From positions 1 through 41,837 of the IMG/VR virus record IMGVR_UViG_3300017965_000005: a stretch of 41,837 nt of DNA; one strand, written 5' to 3'. The notes beneath the pieces are model-generated. The model was not told where the DNA came from and did no database searches. It saw only the letters and a list, made by a program, of their open reading frames with translations. Origin of the DNA: a virus. Lineage: Duplodnaviria > Caudoviricetes. Positions 26,964 through 36,111 of the stretch are shown here, in pieces. Each line of letters begins with the position of its first letter. Position 1 is the stretch's first letter. A program made the translations under genes and the position numbers.

Positions 26964-28145
26964 TTAAGCCTCCGTGGTCGCTTCCGTGTAGGAGTGATAG
27001 ATGGCCGAGCCGAAGCTCTCGCCGTCGATGTGGAGGCGCTTGAAACCGAGGCCGGTGTGGTACTTGATCGACTCCCGCTCGTGCTCCATGTCCGAGGTGT
27101 AGTCGACGTGGTTGCCGTTCTCGTAGCCCTTCATCCACCAGAGCAGCGCGGCATGGCTCCCGAGGATGATGTTGGGCTGGCAGTTGGCGACGATGCCGGT
27201 CGCCGGAGTCGTCGCGTTGGCCGCGACGCCGTCCGCGGCGAGGGGCAGCCACTCGGCCGCCACGTAGATGACGTCGTTGACCGACTTGATTGCCGTGGTC
27301 TTCGAGAGGGCGCTGTTGTCGAAGCCCATCCCGCCGGCCATCTCGGCCAGGTCGATCTTCTCGAACTTCGAATCCGGGTCCGAGAACTTGATCTGGTTGA
27401 TCCCCTCCTGCGTGGTGACGCAGAGGAAGCCGGAGCCGAAGGCGGCGAGGTTCATCTTGGTCAGGGGCCACTTGACGCCGAAGCGCTTGGTGGTGAGCTT
27501 GGCGATGAAGCGTGCGACCCCGACGTCCGAGAGGATCGCCGAGCTGTCGGCGGCTACGGCGGCAGTCGTGGTGAGCGGGGTCCCGGAACCCGAGTCGGCG
27601 AAGCCGATGTGCCGGGTGTCATAGTGCGTCACCTGGTTCATCCCGGACATCTTGTGGTCCGGGTAGTGGGAGAGGCCGGTGAAGGTCGTCCCCGAATTGT
27701 AGCGGGTGTCACCGGCCAACTGGCGGTAGAAGCTCCGCTCCATCCATACCGCCGTCGAGTCGTTGGCGTTCTTCCACTGCTCGTCTTCGAGGTTGCGCTC
27801 CGTGCGCTGCTGGTCGCCGGTGCCGTGAGTCAGGTAGAAGTCGTAAGGGGAGCAGTACTCGCAGAGGATGCGGAACTTCAGGGGTTCCGGGGCCGAGCGC
27901 TCGACGCCGATGACCGGCTCGTTGCGGCTCTTGGGGACCGGGTTGTTGTCGGTCAGGCGCATGAACAGGAACTCCTGCTCCAGGCCGGGCCGGCCGCCTT
28001 CGTCGTCGATCTCGATGATGGGGGCCTGAGACTTCCGATCCCCCCTGAGGAAGAAGAGGAGCTGAGGAAGCTCGCTCTCCCAGGTGGTTGTGTAGGAATT
28101 GAGCACCCTCGCCCATTGTGAGGATGCGGGAACGGTCGGTGCCAT
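26964..28145 (-). CDS. Major capsid protein (393 aa)
   Basis: Position after portal/scaffold, size, own promoter; fold not verified. Confidence 0.8.
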   Translation of the reverse strand: MAPTVPASSQWARVLNSYTTTWESELPQLLFFLRGDRKSQAPIIEIDDEGGRPGLEQEFLFMRLTDNNPVPKSRNEPVIGVERSAPEPLKFRILCEYCSPYDFYLTHGTGDQQRTERNLEDEQWKNANDSTAVWMERSFYRQLAGDTRYNSGTTFTGLSHYPDHKMSGMNQVTHYDTRHIGFADSGSGTPLTTTAAVAADSSAILSDVGVARFIAKLTTKRFGVKWPLTKMNLAAFGSGFLCVTTQEGINQIKFSDPDSKFEKIDLAEMAGGMGFDNSALSKTTAIKSVNDVIYVAAEWLPLAADGVAANATTPATGIVANCQPNIILGSHAALLWWMKGYENGNHVDYTSDMEHERESIKYHTGLGFKRLHIDGESFGSAIYHSYTEATTEA

Positions 28146-28318
28146 GCGGCTTCTCTCCGTGTCTCCCGGCGCGTGGCCGGGAGGTTCCGTCAGTTCTCGG
28201 AGCTGTCGGGGAGGGCCTCCGTACCCCTCAGGCGCGTGGCCTGGGAGCCCGTTTTCCTTGGAGGGAGGAGCCCGGGGCGCGGGGCCTCTGCCGCATGGCA
28301 GGTAAGCTACGTGTTACC

Positions 28319-28348
28319 AGGATACACTGGTACCAAGAAGGGAGTCAA
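28319..28348 (-). promoter_or_regulatory. Sigma70-like capsid operon promoter
   Basis: TTGACT-18-TATCCT; -10 lies within GGTACC-N10-GGTAAC inverted repeat. Confidence 0.65.
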
Positions 28349-28351
28349 CCA

Positions 28352-28636
28352 TTGTCTCGTCCAGCTTGTCGAAGCTTTGAGGGCTGCCGTGGGGATGGGT
28401 GGGAGTACGACCTGTGCGATTCAGGGTCCGGCCACACAGTCTACTGTGGCTGTGCGGCCGGTGTCGATCTGATGCGCGCGGAGACCGCTACGCCGACCGC
28501 CGCCCCAGGTCCCGAATCTGACCCAGAAGCCCCCGCTGCACCTTCGGCCAGTCCGATCCCCAGCGACGGGCCCCCTCTTTCTGGACCTCGATCATCCCCT
28601 GACGCTGCCCCTTCTCGGACAGGGTCTTCGTCATGA
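28352..28636 (+). CDS. Small Cys-rich protein, antisense between scaffold and capsid
   Basis: SD AAGGGAG before TTG; CRGDGW..VYCGCAAG; tail overlaps scaffold gene by 149 nt. Confidence 0.5.
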   Translation: MSRPACRSFEGCRGDGWEYDLCDSGSGHTVYCGCAAGVDLMRAETATPTAAPGPESDPEAPAAPSASPIPSDGPPLSGPRSSPDAAPSRTGSSS

Positions 28637-29645
28637 AGGAGAGAAAGTTTCCGTCTCGGGGGGCCTTGCCGTTCGTGCGGGCGGCTGGGGGCGGGGCGGC
28701 GCCCCCCTCTTCGGCAGAGGCGATGAATTCTCGCTGCTCCTGAACACGGGTCGCCGCCGGCCGGGGGGCCGCGGCGCCCGCTTCGACCGGCTGCACGATG
28801 CCGAGCTGGTGCGCCCACTGGAGGGCGGTCATCATCTGCTGCCGGCCGAGCATCTCGACGAGCGCGGCCGGGTTCGTGCCGGTCTGTTCGGCGAGGTCGG
28901 TCATGGCGAGCATCGAGGAACGGGCAAAAGCCTGCGCCTTCGGGCCATCACCGAAGAGCATGCGGCCCTGCTGGTAGCAGGTGTCCGCAATCACCCCCTT
29001 GTAGAAGTTGTACTCGCCGGCCCGGCGGGCGTCGCCGCCGACGTAGACCCGTTCAGCCTCCCGCACCCACTCCGCCCGCTCCGCGGCCCATTCCCCGAAC
29101 TGCTCCTCGCGCTCCCGCGACTCGGTCTCACGCTGGAGGTGTTCCTCGCGCTCGGCCTTCGCCTCGCGGAGGGGGGCGAGCTGCTCCTCGAAGGAGGACT
29201 TGAGGCCGGCAACCTGCTTCTCCCACCAGGCCTTCTGGTCGAGGTCGAAGTCGGGCTCTTCCTCGGCGCCCCCCCTGCCGGGGGCGCCGATCCCCTCGAT
29301 CTTCTTGCCGAGGTCGTCGAGCTTCTGCTCGAACAGCTCCTGAGCCCTGCGCTCCGCGGCCCGCTGGCGCCCCATCTCCTTGCGCTGCTTCCAGGTGAGA
29401 TTCGGGTCGGTGCGCCAGGCATCATTCGCCCTCGCCCACCGATCCGTCTCCCAGCTCTCGCGCGGAGCCGGCTCCGGGGTGGTTTTTTCGGCCGCTGGCG
29501 TGACCTCTGCGGGCCGATCAGCTCCGCCCCCCTCCGCCAGCCCTGCCCTGGACGCTGCTTCCTCTAGGCGGCTCTCTGCGCGGGAAATCTCGGCCTCCGC
29601 GCCACCTCCCGGGTCGCTTCCGCTCTCGACTTCGAAATCAGCCAC
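28488..29645 (-). CDS. Capsid scaffolding protein (385 aa)
   Basis: SD GGAGGTG; acidic disordered N-terminus, coiled coils; between portal and capsid. Confidence 0.75.
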   Translation of the reverse strand: MADFEVESGSDPGGGAEAEISRAESRLEEAASRAGLAEGGGADRPAEVTPAAEKTTPEPAPRESWETDRWARANDAWRTDPNLTWKQRKEMGRQRAAERRAQELFEQKLDDLGKKIEGIGAPGRGGAEEEPDFDLDQKAWWEKQVAGLKSSFEEQLAPLREAKAEREEHLQRETESREREEQFGEWAAERAEWVREAERVYVGGDARRAGEYNFYKGVIADTCYQQGRMLFGDGPKAQAFARSSMLAMTDLAEQTGTNPAALVEMLGRQQMMTALQWAHQLGIVQPVEAGAAAPRPAATRVQEQREFIASAEEGGAAPPPAARTNGKAPRDGNFLSFMTKTLSEKGQRQGMIEVQKEGARRWGSDWPKVQRGLLGQIRDLGRRSA

Positions 29646-29808
29646 GATTCACCTCCGGACAAGAGAAAGATCTACCGAGTCCGCCACTAGTGTCCTTATG
29701 ACCTTGGCGAATATCTCCTCCGCAACCCTTGCACCTGTATGGACAGGAGGCAGAACCGTAGTGCAGGCCGCCGCAAAACGAGCAATCTTCGATCGGGTTC
29801 GCATTCAT
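29638..29808 (-). CDS. 56-aa zinc-finger-like protein (not in ORF track)
   Basis: Hand-translated MNANPIEDCSFCGGLHYGSASCPYRCKGCGG..; ATGA overlap with portal stop and GTGGCTGA overlap with scaffold start. Confidence 0.65.
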   Translation of the reverse strand: MNANPIEDCSFCGGLHYGSASCPYRCKGCGGDIRQGHKDTSGGLGRSFSCPEVNRG

Positions 29809-31970
29809 TGGACCTGGTCTCCCTGCCCCTCCCCCATAGCTCCGGCGCCGGGGCCGAGCATCATCTGCTGGAGCTGGTTGAAGAATTGAGCCTGCTGCTC
29901 AGGCGGCAGGCCCTGGAAATACTGGATTGCCCCCTGCTCGGACTGTTGCTGCTCCTGCATGGTCCAGTCCTCCTCCGCCTGGCGGAGGAGGTCCTGCGCG
30001 GCATCCTCGGGCAAGGGGGAGTACTTGAGGACCATCCGGGCGACGATCTTCGGGCTCACACCCATCTCCTTGATCATCGAAGTCGCCATGCCATGGGTCG
30101 TGAACCAGTCGGCAATCGCGAACCTCTGGTTCGGGGTCGTCGCTCCGACGTCGGCCCGGATGTCGTAGTCCAGAAGGTCCATCTGCTTGAGGAGGCGGCC
30201 GGGGGTCGCCGGCACCATCTGGCCGGTCTTCCGGTCGAGGATCATCCGAGGGGCCTGCGAGCCCTGCTCATCCGCCTCCACGGTCACTCCGTCGATCGGG
30301 GCGACCTCGCCCAGGATGCGGTCGATCTCCCCGGCCGGCATGTGCCGGATGACGTAGGCGGCCATCAGAGACCCGAGGTTCGTGACGAACTGGATGCGCG
30401 GCTTGCGGAGCGGCAGGAGCCGCGCCGCGCCGGTCTGCTGGAGGTTCGCGACGTAGGCATTCGACCTGTCTCCCTGGCCGGTGCCCTGGAGCCACTCATT
30501 GACCCCGGTCACCCGGCCCAGGAGGTCGAGGCAGAAGAAAAAGATGTCCTTGAAGTCCGGGGGAATCTGGGCGTTGGTGTTCGCCACGATCCCGCCCGGC
30601 GCGCCCGGCATGAGCTGCGCCGGGGTGTGGTGCCAGTAGCCTGGTATGGCGTTCTTGGTCCGGAACTCCTCCATCCATTCCGGAGTCGCCGAGTCCGGGA
30701 CGTGGCCGCCGCCCTTGTTGGCGCGGGAGACGGTGTCGACCCAGCTCCGAAGAGCCTTCATCATGTACTGGATCACATCGAAGCAGACGCGGCCGAGGCC
30801 GAAGAAGCGGATGCGATCCTCCTCGGGCTTCTTCCAGACCAGGCCGGTGACGGACTTGACGGGGAACTGATCGACGCCGATCCGCTTCCGGTCGAGGAGG
30901 TAGGCCGCGCCGCGGCTGTGGCCACCGGCCGAGGCGACAAAGGTCGCCTGGTAGTGGCAGTGGCCGATATAGGTATCGACCGACTCCTCGTCCCAGGTAG
31001 GCGGCTGCGGAGGCTGCTCCTCGGAGGCCATTCCCATGGAGACGGCCATCGCGGAGCGCTCGGCGTAGGCCTCCAGCTCCTGCTCGTATTCGAGCTGGTA
31101 CTGTTCCCGGGTGGACTCGAACTCCTCCGTCGGCTCGTTCCGGTACTCGTCCGTCTTCGGATCGATGAAGGAGGTCCTGGAGTGCGAGCTCCGGTAGTAA
31201 AGGGTGTCGATGTCGACCGTCTTCCGGTGCCGGCGGCGCGAGCGGCTGGCGGAGCCCGGAGTGGGCGGTCCAGGGATCGGAGTCGTATCGAGGATCGCGC
31301 TCCCGCCGGCGCGGGAGCGCTCCTTGAGCGCCTCCGTGTGGGTTGGGTAGAGGGCGAGGGCGTTGTCGAGGAGCATCGAGGGCTCGCGGATCACGAAGTA
31401 GTCCGCATCGGCGTAGTTCATTTCCGTTGCGTCGGGGTCCGGCTTCACCCTCCAAGTCTGGAGGGCCTTGATGACCGGGCGGACGGGGCGCTGGTTCGTC
31501 GCGATGAAGCCGATCGCGTAGCCGCGGCCGGTCACCCCGCAGTCCTGGACCGCATCCCAGACGTGGACGTCGGCGTCACAGGCCGACCAGACCTTCCGCA
31601 CCACCTTGGTCATCCAGTCGGCGCACGCCTGGTCGACAGGACCGAGATCCTCGCCGAAGAAGGCGGGCTCGACCTTCTGGGACATCTCGGAACCGAGGAA
31701 GGTGTGCATGATCGCCTGGAAGATGGCGACGTCGGTCGAGACCACCTCGGGGTTGGCGGCGTAGAACTGCTGGTCATCATCCGAGGCCGAGATCCCGGCG
31801 TAGAGCCGCCAGTGCCGGGCGTCCTCGCGGACGGCCGGCCCCTCCTCGGCCTCGGCGTCGTCGAGCGCATTCCGATAGAAGTTGACCAGCTCATCGTCGG
31901 ACATCTCCTGTCCGTGAATCGGCTCGTCGGTATCCTCCCCGGCGCCCGGGAGACGGCTCAGATCAGACAT
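29805..31970 (-). CDS. Portal protein (P22-like, ~721 aa)
   Basis: Follows TerL; CGVTGRGY, VKPDPDA..DADY, FFGLGRV, VTGVNEWLQG, YDIRADVG, Gln-rich tail; alternative start 31985. Confidence 0.88.
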   Translation of the reverse strand: MSDLSRLPGAGEDTDEPIHGQEMSDDELVNFYRNALDDAEAEEGPAVREDARHWRLYAGISASDDDQQFYAANPEVVSTDVAIFQAIMHTFLGSEMSQKVEPAFFGEDLGPVDQACADWMTKVVRKVWSACDADVHVWDAVQDCGVTGRGYAIGFIATNQRPVRPVIKALQTWRVKPDPDATEMNYADADYFVIREPSMLLDNALALYPTHTEALKERSRAGGSAILDTTPIPGPPTPGSASRSRRRHRKTVDIDTLYYRSSHSRTSFIDPKTDEYRNEPTEEFESTREQYQLEYEQELEAYAERSAMAVSMGMASEEQPPQPPTWDEESVDTYIGHCHYQATFVASAGGHSRGAAYLLDRKRIGVDQFPVKSVTGLVWKKPEEDRIRFFGLGRVCFDVIQYMMKALRSWVDTVSRANKGGGHVPDSATPEWMEEFRTKNAIPGYWHHTPAQLMPGAPGGIVANTNAQIPPDFKDIFFFCLDLLGRVTGVNEWLQGTGQGDRSNAYVANLQQTGAARLLPLRKPRIQFVTNLGSLMAAYVIRHMPAGEIDRILGEVAPIDGVTVEADEQGSQAPRMILDRKTGQMVPATPGRLLKQMDLLDYDIRADVGATTPNQRFAIADWFTTHGMATSMIKEMGVSPKIVARMVLKYSPLPEDAAQDLLRQAEEDWTMQEQQQSEQGAIQYFQGLPPEQQAQFFNQLQQMMLGPGAGAMGEGQGDQVQ

Positions 31971-32115
31971 CAGGCCCCCAGACACGATGAATCACATCGC
32001 CCCTGATAAAGATCCGGACCAGCTCCGTTCCGTAGAGCCTCGTCCGCCACTTCGACGGGGACCAATCGACCGCGAAGATCCTCATCCGGTTGGTCGTTTC
32101 TACGCCACTCGCCAT
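31963..32115 (-). CDS. 50-aa hypothetical protein (not in ORF track)
   Basis: SD GGAGG; starts inside terL 3' end; stop overlaps portal ATG (ATGTCTGA); MASGVETTNRMRIFAVDWSPSKWRTRLYG.. Confidence 0.5.
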   Translation of the reverse strand: MASGVETTNRMRIFAVDWSPSKWRTRLYGTELVRIFIRGDVIHRVWGPDV

Positions 32116-33998
32116 GACGGCCTCCCCTTGCCTTGCGTGCGCTTCCTCTGCTTCATCGCGAGGAGCTTCCCGTGGCGATCGTTGTAGTCGCCGGACTTCC
32201 CGCCCGCCCCGCCCCAGGCGGGCGGGCCGGCGAAGAGGTGCTTCAGCTCATCGAGCGAATGCCAGCTGAAGGTGTCTAGCATGTCGTCGACGGCATCGGG
32301 CTTCTCGCCCTCCGCCTCGTTCCAGTCGAGGTACTCGTCATCGAGGAACTGGACGATGGTGTCGCGCTCGTCCTCTTCGAGGCCGGGGCCGTAGTGGCTG
32401 CCGTGGCCGAAGCCGGAGCCCGCGGCCACCCAGGCGCCGTTCACCTTGACCATCTCGATCGCGTCCTGTGAGCTGGTGAGCCAGTCGGCCGGCGGGGCCG
32501 GAAGCCAGATGAGGCCGTTCCGGAACTCCTGGTCGAGGATGCGGATGCGGGAGACCTTCGTCTTTGAGGCGACGCCCTTTGGCAGCTCCGCGGACCCCAG
32601 GGCGCGGATGCGACAGCGGTATTTCCGCTTCCCCTCGGCGAGGAGGCGGGCAAGCTCGCGCTTCGCCCCCGACACCCAGGCATCGGCGCCGCCAGTCTCG
32701 AACCAGATCTGAGCCGGGTCCTTGGAGAAGCTCTGCCACTTCCCGACGAGGCCGCCGTCCGCCACGTTCGGCTTCCAGACATGGCGCTCCGAGGTGGCCG
32801 ACTCCCAAGAAGGGGGTCCAAAGAGGCAGTCAAGGGTGTCCGATTGGCCCATCTTCTCGCGGACCAGATCGAGGACGTAGCGCTTCCGGTCGGGGCGGAT
32901 GGCGACGACCTGGATGACGGTGTAGTCGCTCTCCTCGCCGCCCTTGGCGTAGTCGACGATCATGTGGATGTTCGAGCCTACGGCCCAATGCTCCGGCGGC
33001 TCCACATAGAAGTGGAGGTCCTCGAAGCGGAAGCTCTTCCGGTGCGGGTCGCGGATGAGGAGATCGAACTGAGCCTCGGCGATCGCCTTGTCCTGGATCG
33101 CGCGGTACTGCTCGTCGAGAAACTTGAGGGTCCGGAGGACTGGCTTGCGTTCCTTGCGGCCAGAAGGGTGGAAAGAGATGCCGCCAACGAAATAGCCCTT
33201 CGCCTTTCGCTGGACGACCGGGTCTCGCCGGCCGTAGGGGGTACCGATGAACCAGATCGGCGTGTTGCCGCCACGGAGCGGGACCAGGTTGTCGAGCATG
33301 ACGTCGACCCTTCGGGCCGTGCGCTTCGACTCGACGGTATCCATGCCGACCGGGTCCTCGACCAGGATCCAGGTAGGGTGAATGCCCTGGATGGCGGTCT
33401 TGATGCCGTGGACGGAGACGGAGGGGTCGCGGGGGCCGTGCTTCCTCTTGACCGTGATCCGGGTGTCGGAGCATTCGGCGAGTTCGCGAAACTGCGGGGC
33501 GATCCGCTTGAGGCGGTCGCCTTGCATGACCTTCGCGATGTCCGAGCCGACGAAGCCCTCGCCGACCTGGTCGATCTTGTGGGTCGGGATGGCGATCGTC
33601 TCCATCGGATCTCGATAGAGAATCCAGACCGTGCCGTTGACGGTGATGACGGTCGACTTGAAGTGATGGCGAGCCCACCAGAAGAGGAGGAACGACGTCC
33701 GCGCCTCGATCGCCTTCTGGACCTCGCGGATGCGAGCGAAGAGCCAAGGGTGCTCGATCCACAGACGCCCCTTCATCGGATGCCCTGGATCTGCGATCCG
33801 GAAGTCGCCGAGCGGCGTACAGCGCTTCGTGAACCAGAAGAAGTCAACCCGGCAGATGTACGCCTCGCGGAGGAGGGCGAGCTTCGGATCTCTCTCGTAG
33901 AGGAGGTCGAGCTCGGCTTCGAGCTGGCGATAGACCTTGTGGGTCGGGGTCGGCGGGAGCCGCCAGGCGAACTGGCGGCCGGTGGTCCGCAGGGTCAC
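32100..33998 (-). CDS. terL: Terminase large subunit (~632 aa)
   Basis: Walker A variant WARHHFKST, Walker B ILVEDP, IGTPY coupling motif, nuclease IVDYA..SDYT..DDMLDT; GTGA coupling to terS. Confidence 0.92.
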   Translation of the reverse strand: MTLRTTGRQFAWRLPPTPTHKVYRQLEAELDLLYERDPKLALLREAYICRVDFFWFTKRCTPLGDFRIADPGHPMKGRLWIEHPWLFARIREVQKAIEARTSFLLFWWARHHFKSTVITVNGTVWILYRDPMETIAIPTHKIDQVGEGFVGSDIAKVMQGDRLKRIAPQFRELAECSDTRITVKRKHGPRDPSVSVHGIKTAIQGIHPTWILVEDPVGMDTVESKRTARRVDVMLDNLVPLRGGNTPIWFIGTPYGRRDPVVQRKAKGYFVGGISFHPSGRKERKPVLRTLKFLDEQYRAIQDKAIAEAQFDLLIRDPHRKSFRFEDLHFYVEPPEHWAVGSNIHMIVDYAKGGEESDYTVIQVVAIRPDRKRYVLDLVREKMGQSDTLDCLFGPPSWESATSERHVWKPNVADGGLVGKWQSFSKDPAQIWFETGGADAWVSGAKRELARLLAEGKRKYRCRIRALGSAELPKGVASKTKVSRIRILDQEFRNGLIWLPAPPADWLTSSQDAIEMVKVNGAWVAAGSGFGHGSHYGPGLEEDERDTIVQFLDDEYLDWNEAEGEKPDAVDDMLDTFSWHSLDELKHLFAGPPAWGGAGGKSGDYNDRHGKLLAMKQRKRTQGKGRPSWRVA

Positions 33999-34705
33999 GC
34001 AATCCCCGTGGAGGCCGGGAGCTTCTTGATGTGGCCCTTGAACCAGTCCTGCTGTTGCTCGATGAGCTTCCGGTCCCCGTCTTCGAGTTGGAACTCGTGG
34101 ACGATCTTCGCCTTCGGATTCCATTTGTCGGGGTTGCGCGTACGGAGGGACTGGAGGGCGAGGGAGTTGTCCTGCGACCGCGAGCCCGAGAGGGCCGCGG
34201 TGTCGAGCTTGTCTTCCATGCGGACGGTGATCCGGTGGTTGAGTTGGCTGAAGCGGCGCGTCGCCCGCTTGTCACCGCCGTTGATCGCGTCCATCAGGGC
34301 GTCGAAACTGACCTGCCATCCCTGGGAAGCAACCTCCTGAAAGGCGCCGTAGCGGTCAATCTTCCCCTCGTCGACCTGCTTCTCGATCGCGGCGAGATAG
34401 GCGACGAGAACCTCGGGAATCTCCTCGTCTTCGATCTCCGGCAGGATAATCTCGGGCTCCAGCGCTCGCTCCGCGACCGCGTTCTCGCGGTGCATCCGGC
34501 GGATCGCTGCCTCCTCGTCGAGGAAGTCCTGGTTGACCGACTCGATCCCCTGCTGGAGGCAGAGCTTGTGCGCCTTTTTCCAGCCGGAGAGGGTTCCAAC
34601 CGCGATGCCAGCGCGCTCGCACACCCTCCAGGCGACGGTTGATGCTCCGGGCTCCTGGAGCATCGCCTGGAGGACGTCGAGGTACTTCCGCTGAGCCGGC
34701 GTCAC
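33995..34705 (-). CDS. terS: Terminase small subunit
   Basis: N-terminal HTH CERAGIAVGTLSGWKK; LRTRNPDKWNPK motif; directly upstream of terL. Confidence 0.75.
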   Translation of the reverse strand: MTPAQRKYLDVLQAMLQEPGASTVAWRVCERAGIAVGTLSGWKKAHKLCLQQGIESVNQDFLDEEAAIRRMHRENAVAERALEPEIILPEIEDEEIPEVLVAYLAAIEKQVDEGKIDRYGAFQEVASQGWQVSFDALMDAINGGDKRATRRFSQLNHRITVRMEDKLDTAALSGSRSQDNSLALQSLRTRNPDKWNPKAKIVHEFQLEDGDRKLIEQQQDWFKGHIKKLPASTGIA

Positions 34706-35520
34706 CCCCGGTAGGCCCCCATCTGCCCGAATCCGAACGGGTTCGGCCCACCGGAGCCACCGTACTGCGGTGGACCGCCCCTGCCCGTGAACGACCCGTA
34801 GAGGTCGGCGAGCGATCCGGGATTGAAGCTCCCCTGCCGCATGCCCTGGAGGCGCTGCTGGAGGGCGATCTGCGGCGGTACCTGCCCGCCGGGCTCGGCG
34901 CCCGGCGGAGGGAGGCCGGGGCCGGGCGAACCAGGGCTCATGCCCCCGGGTCCGGCGACCGACATGTCAGGGCCGCCCGTGGAGACGGTCGGGCCGCCCG
35001 CTGGCTGCCCGCCTGGCGCACCAGGGCCGTACTGCTGGATGATCTGCTGCCGGAAGTTCGGATCGGTCGCCATACGACTTGCCACGGCCTCCTGCGGGTC
35101 ACGTCCGGCGGCGCGGGCCGTCTCCCGCATCCGCGGGGGGAGCATGGAGTAGGGGTCGTCCTCGACCCGCGGGCCGGCGTTCAGCTCGGCACCCGGGGGA
35201 AGCGGCATCTCCCCGCCCGTGGTGGGCGGGCCGGAGGGGCCGCTCGTCGCTTGATCCATGCCTCCCGAAGGCGGCATGACGCGGACACCGCGAGGCAGAC
35301 CGCCGCCGGTTCCGCCGGGGCTCATCCCGCCCCCGGGCTCCCGCATGCCGCGGGGCGCCGGGCCGCCGCCGGGCTGGAAAGGCATGCGAAGCCTTCGCTT
35401 CGCCTCCTCCATCTTGGCGATCATCGGTACCGCCTTGAGCTGGGGCTGGCTGGGGTTGGGGGCCGCGGCCGACTGGCCGCTGCGGCGGCCCCCCTGGTAG
35501 GACGTGGCATCCATGGCCAT
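34702..35520 (-). CDS. Gly/Pro/Met/Gln-rich low-complexity protein (272 aa)
   Basis: SD AAGGGA, 3 nt after upstream stop, GTGA overlap with terS. Confidence 0.7.
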   Translation of the reverse strand: MAMDATSYQGGRRSGQSAAAPNPSQPQLKAVPMIAKMEEAKRRLRMPFQPGGGPAPRGMREPGGGMSPGGTGGGLPRGVRVMPPSGGMDQATSGPSGPPTTGGEMPLPPGAELNAGPRVEDDPYSMLPPRMRETARAAGRDPQEAVASRMATDPNFRQQIIQQYGPGAPGGQPAGGPTVSTGGPDMSVAGPGGMSPGSPGPGLPPPGAEPGGQVPPQIALQQRLQGMRQGSFNPGSLADLYGSFTGRGGPPQYGGSGGPNPFGFGQMGAYRG

Positions 35521-35523
35521 GGC

Positions 35524-36105
35524 CTATCCCTTCTTCGAGTCCCAGCCGCGGGACATTTCGGTCTTCTTGATCGGCTTGGAGCCCGGGATCTTCTTGCCGG
35601 CCTCGCCGCGGGCGCTCTTCGGACCCGGCTCCGGGAGAATCCCGCCGGGCTGCTTGACGACCTTGGACATGAGCTTCCTGCCTTTCGTGGTAGAGCCGGG
35701 AGGACGCCCCCGGCGTGGTTTCTCGGTGGACTCGCCGGCCGGCTTTCCGGCCGGCCGCGCGACGATCGCTTGGAGGGCGGCGACCAGGTCCTTCTGGACG
35801 AACCTGTCGAAGCGAAGCCAGATCGGAGTACGGCCGGCGACCGCGATGCGGAGGTACCGGCGGTGCTCGCCGGTGTTCGGGAGGCGGAGGCCGCCCGCGG
35901 AGTAGAAGCGGGGGACGTCGAAGGAGACTTCCCGCACGAGGCGGGCACGGAGCGATGGTAGCTGAAGGGACTGGAGGGCGAGACGGGCATGACCGCGGAT
36001 TGTTCCGTGCATCACCGTCGCCGTGATCCGCTCCGACCCGCCGCCCTCTTTGGGCCAGCCAAAGATCACGCGGGACCCTGTCTCTGGAATCTGGACGGTC
36101 GCCAT
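35524..36105 (-). CDS. First late gene: globular N-domain, AT-hook, basic tail (193 aa)
   Basis: ATG 6 nt after -10 box (leaderless); KPRRGRPPG AT-hook. Confidence 0.7.
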   Translation of the reverse strand: MATVQIPETGSRVIFGWPKEGGGSERITATVMHGTIRGHARLALQSLQLPSLRARLVREVSFDVPRFYSAGGLRLPNTGEHRRYLRIAVAGRTPIWLRFDRFVQKDLVAALQAIVARPAGKPAGESTEKPRRGRPPGSTTKGRKLMSKVVKQPGGILPEPGPKSARGEAGKKIPGSKPIKKTEMSRGWDSKKG

Positions 36106-36111
36106 ATTACC

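Noticed and set aside
29739-32006. 755-aa + ORF opposite the portal (also 32781-34340, 19265-20791, 26730-28121)
   Set aside because: Antisense shadows expected in GC-rich genes; no SD, no coupling, repetitive V/G/L/D/R composition
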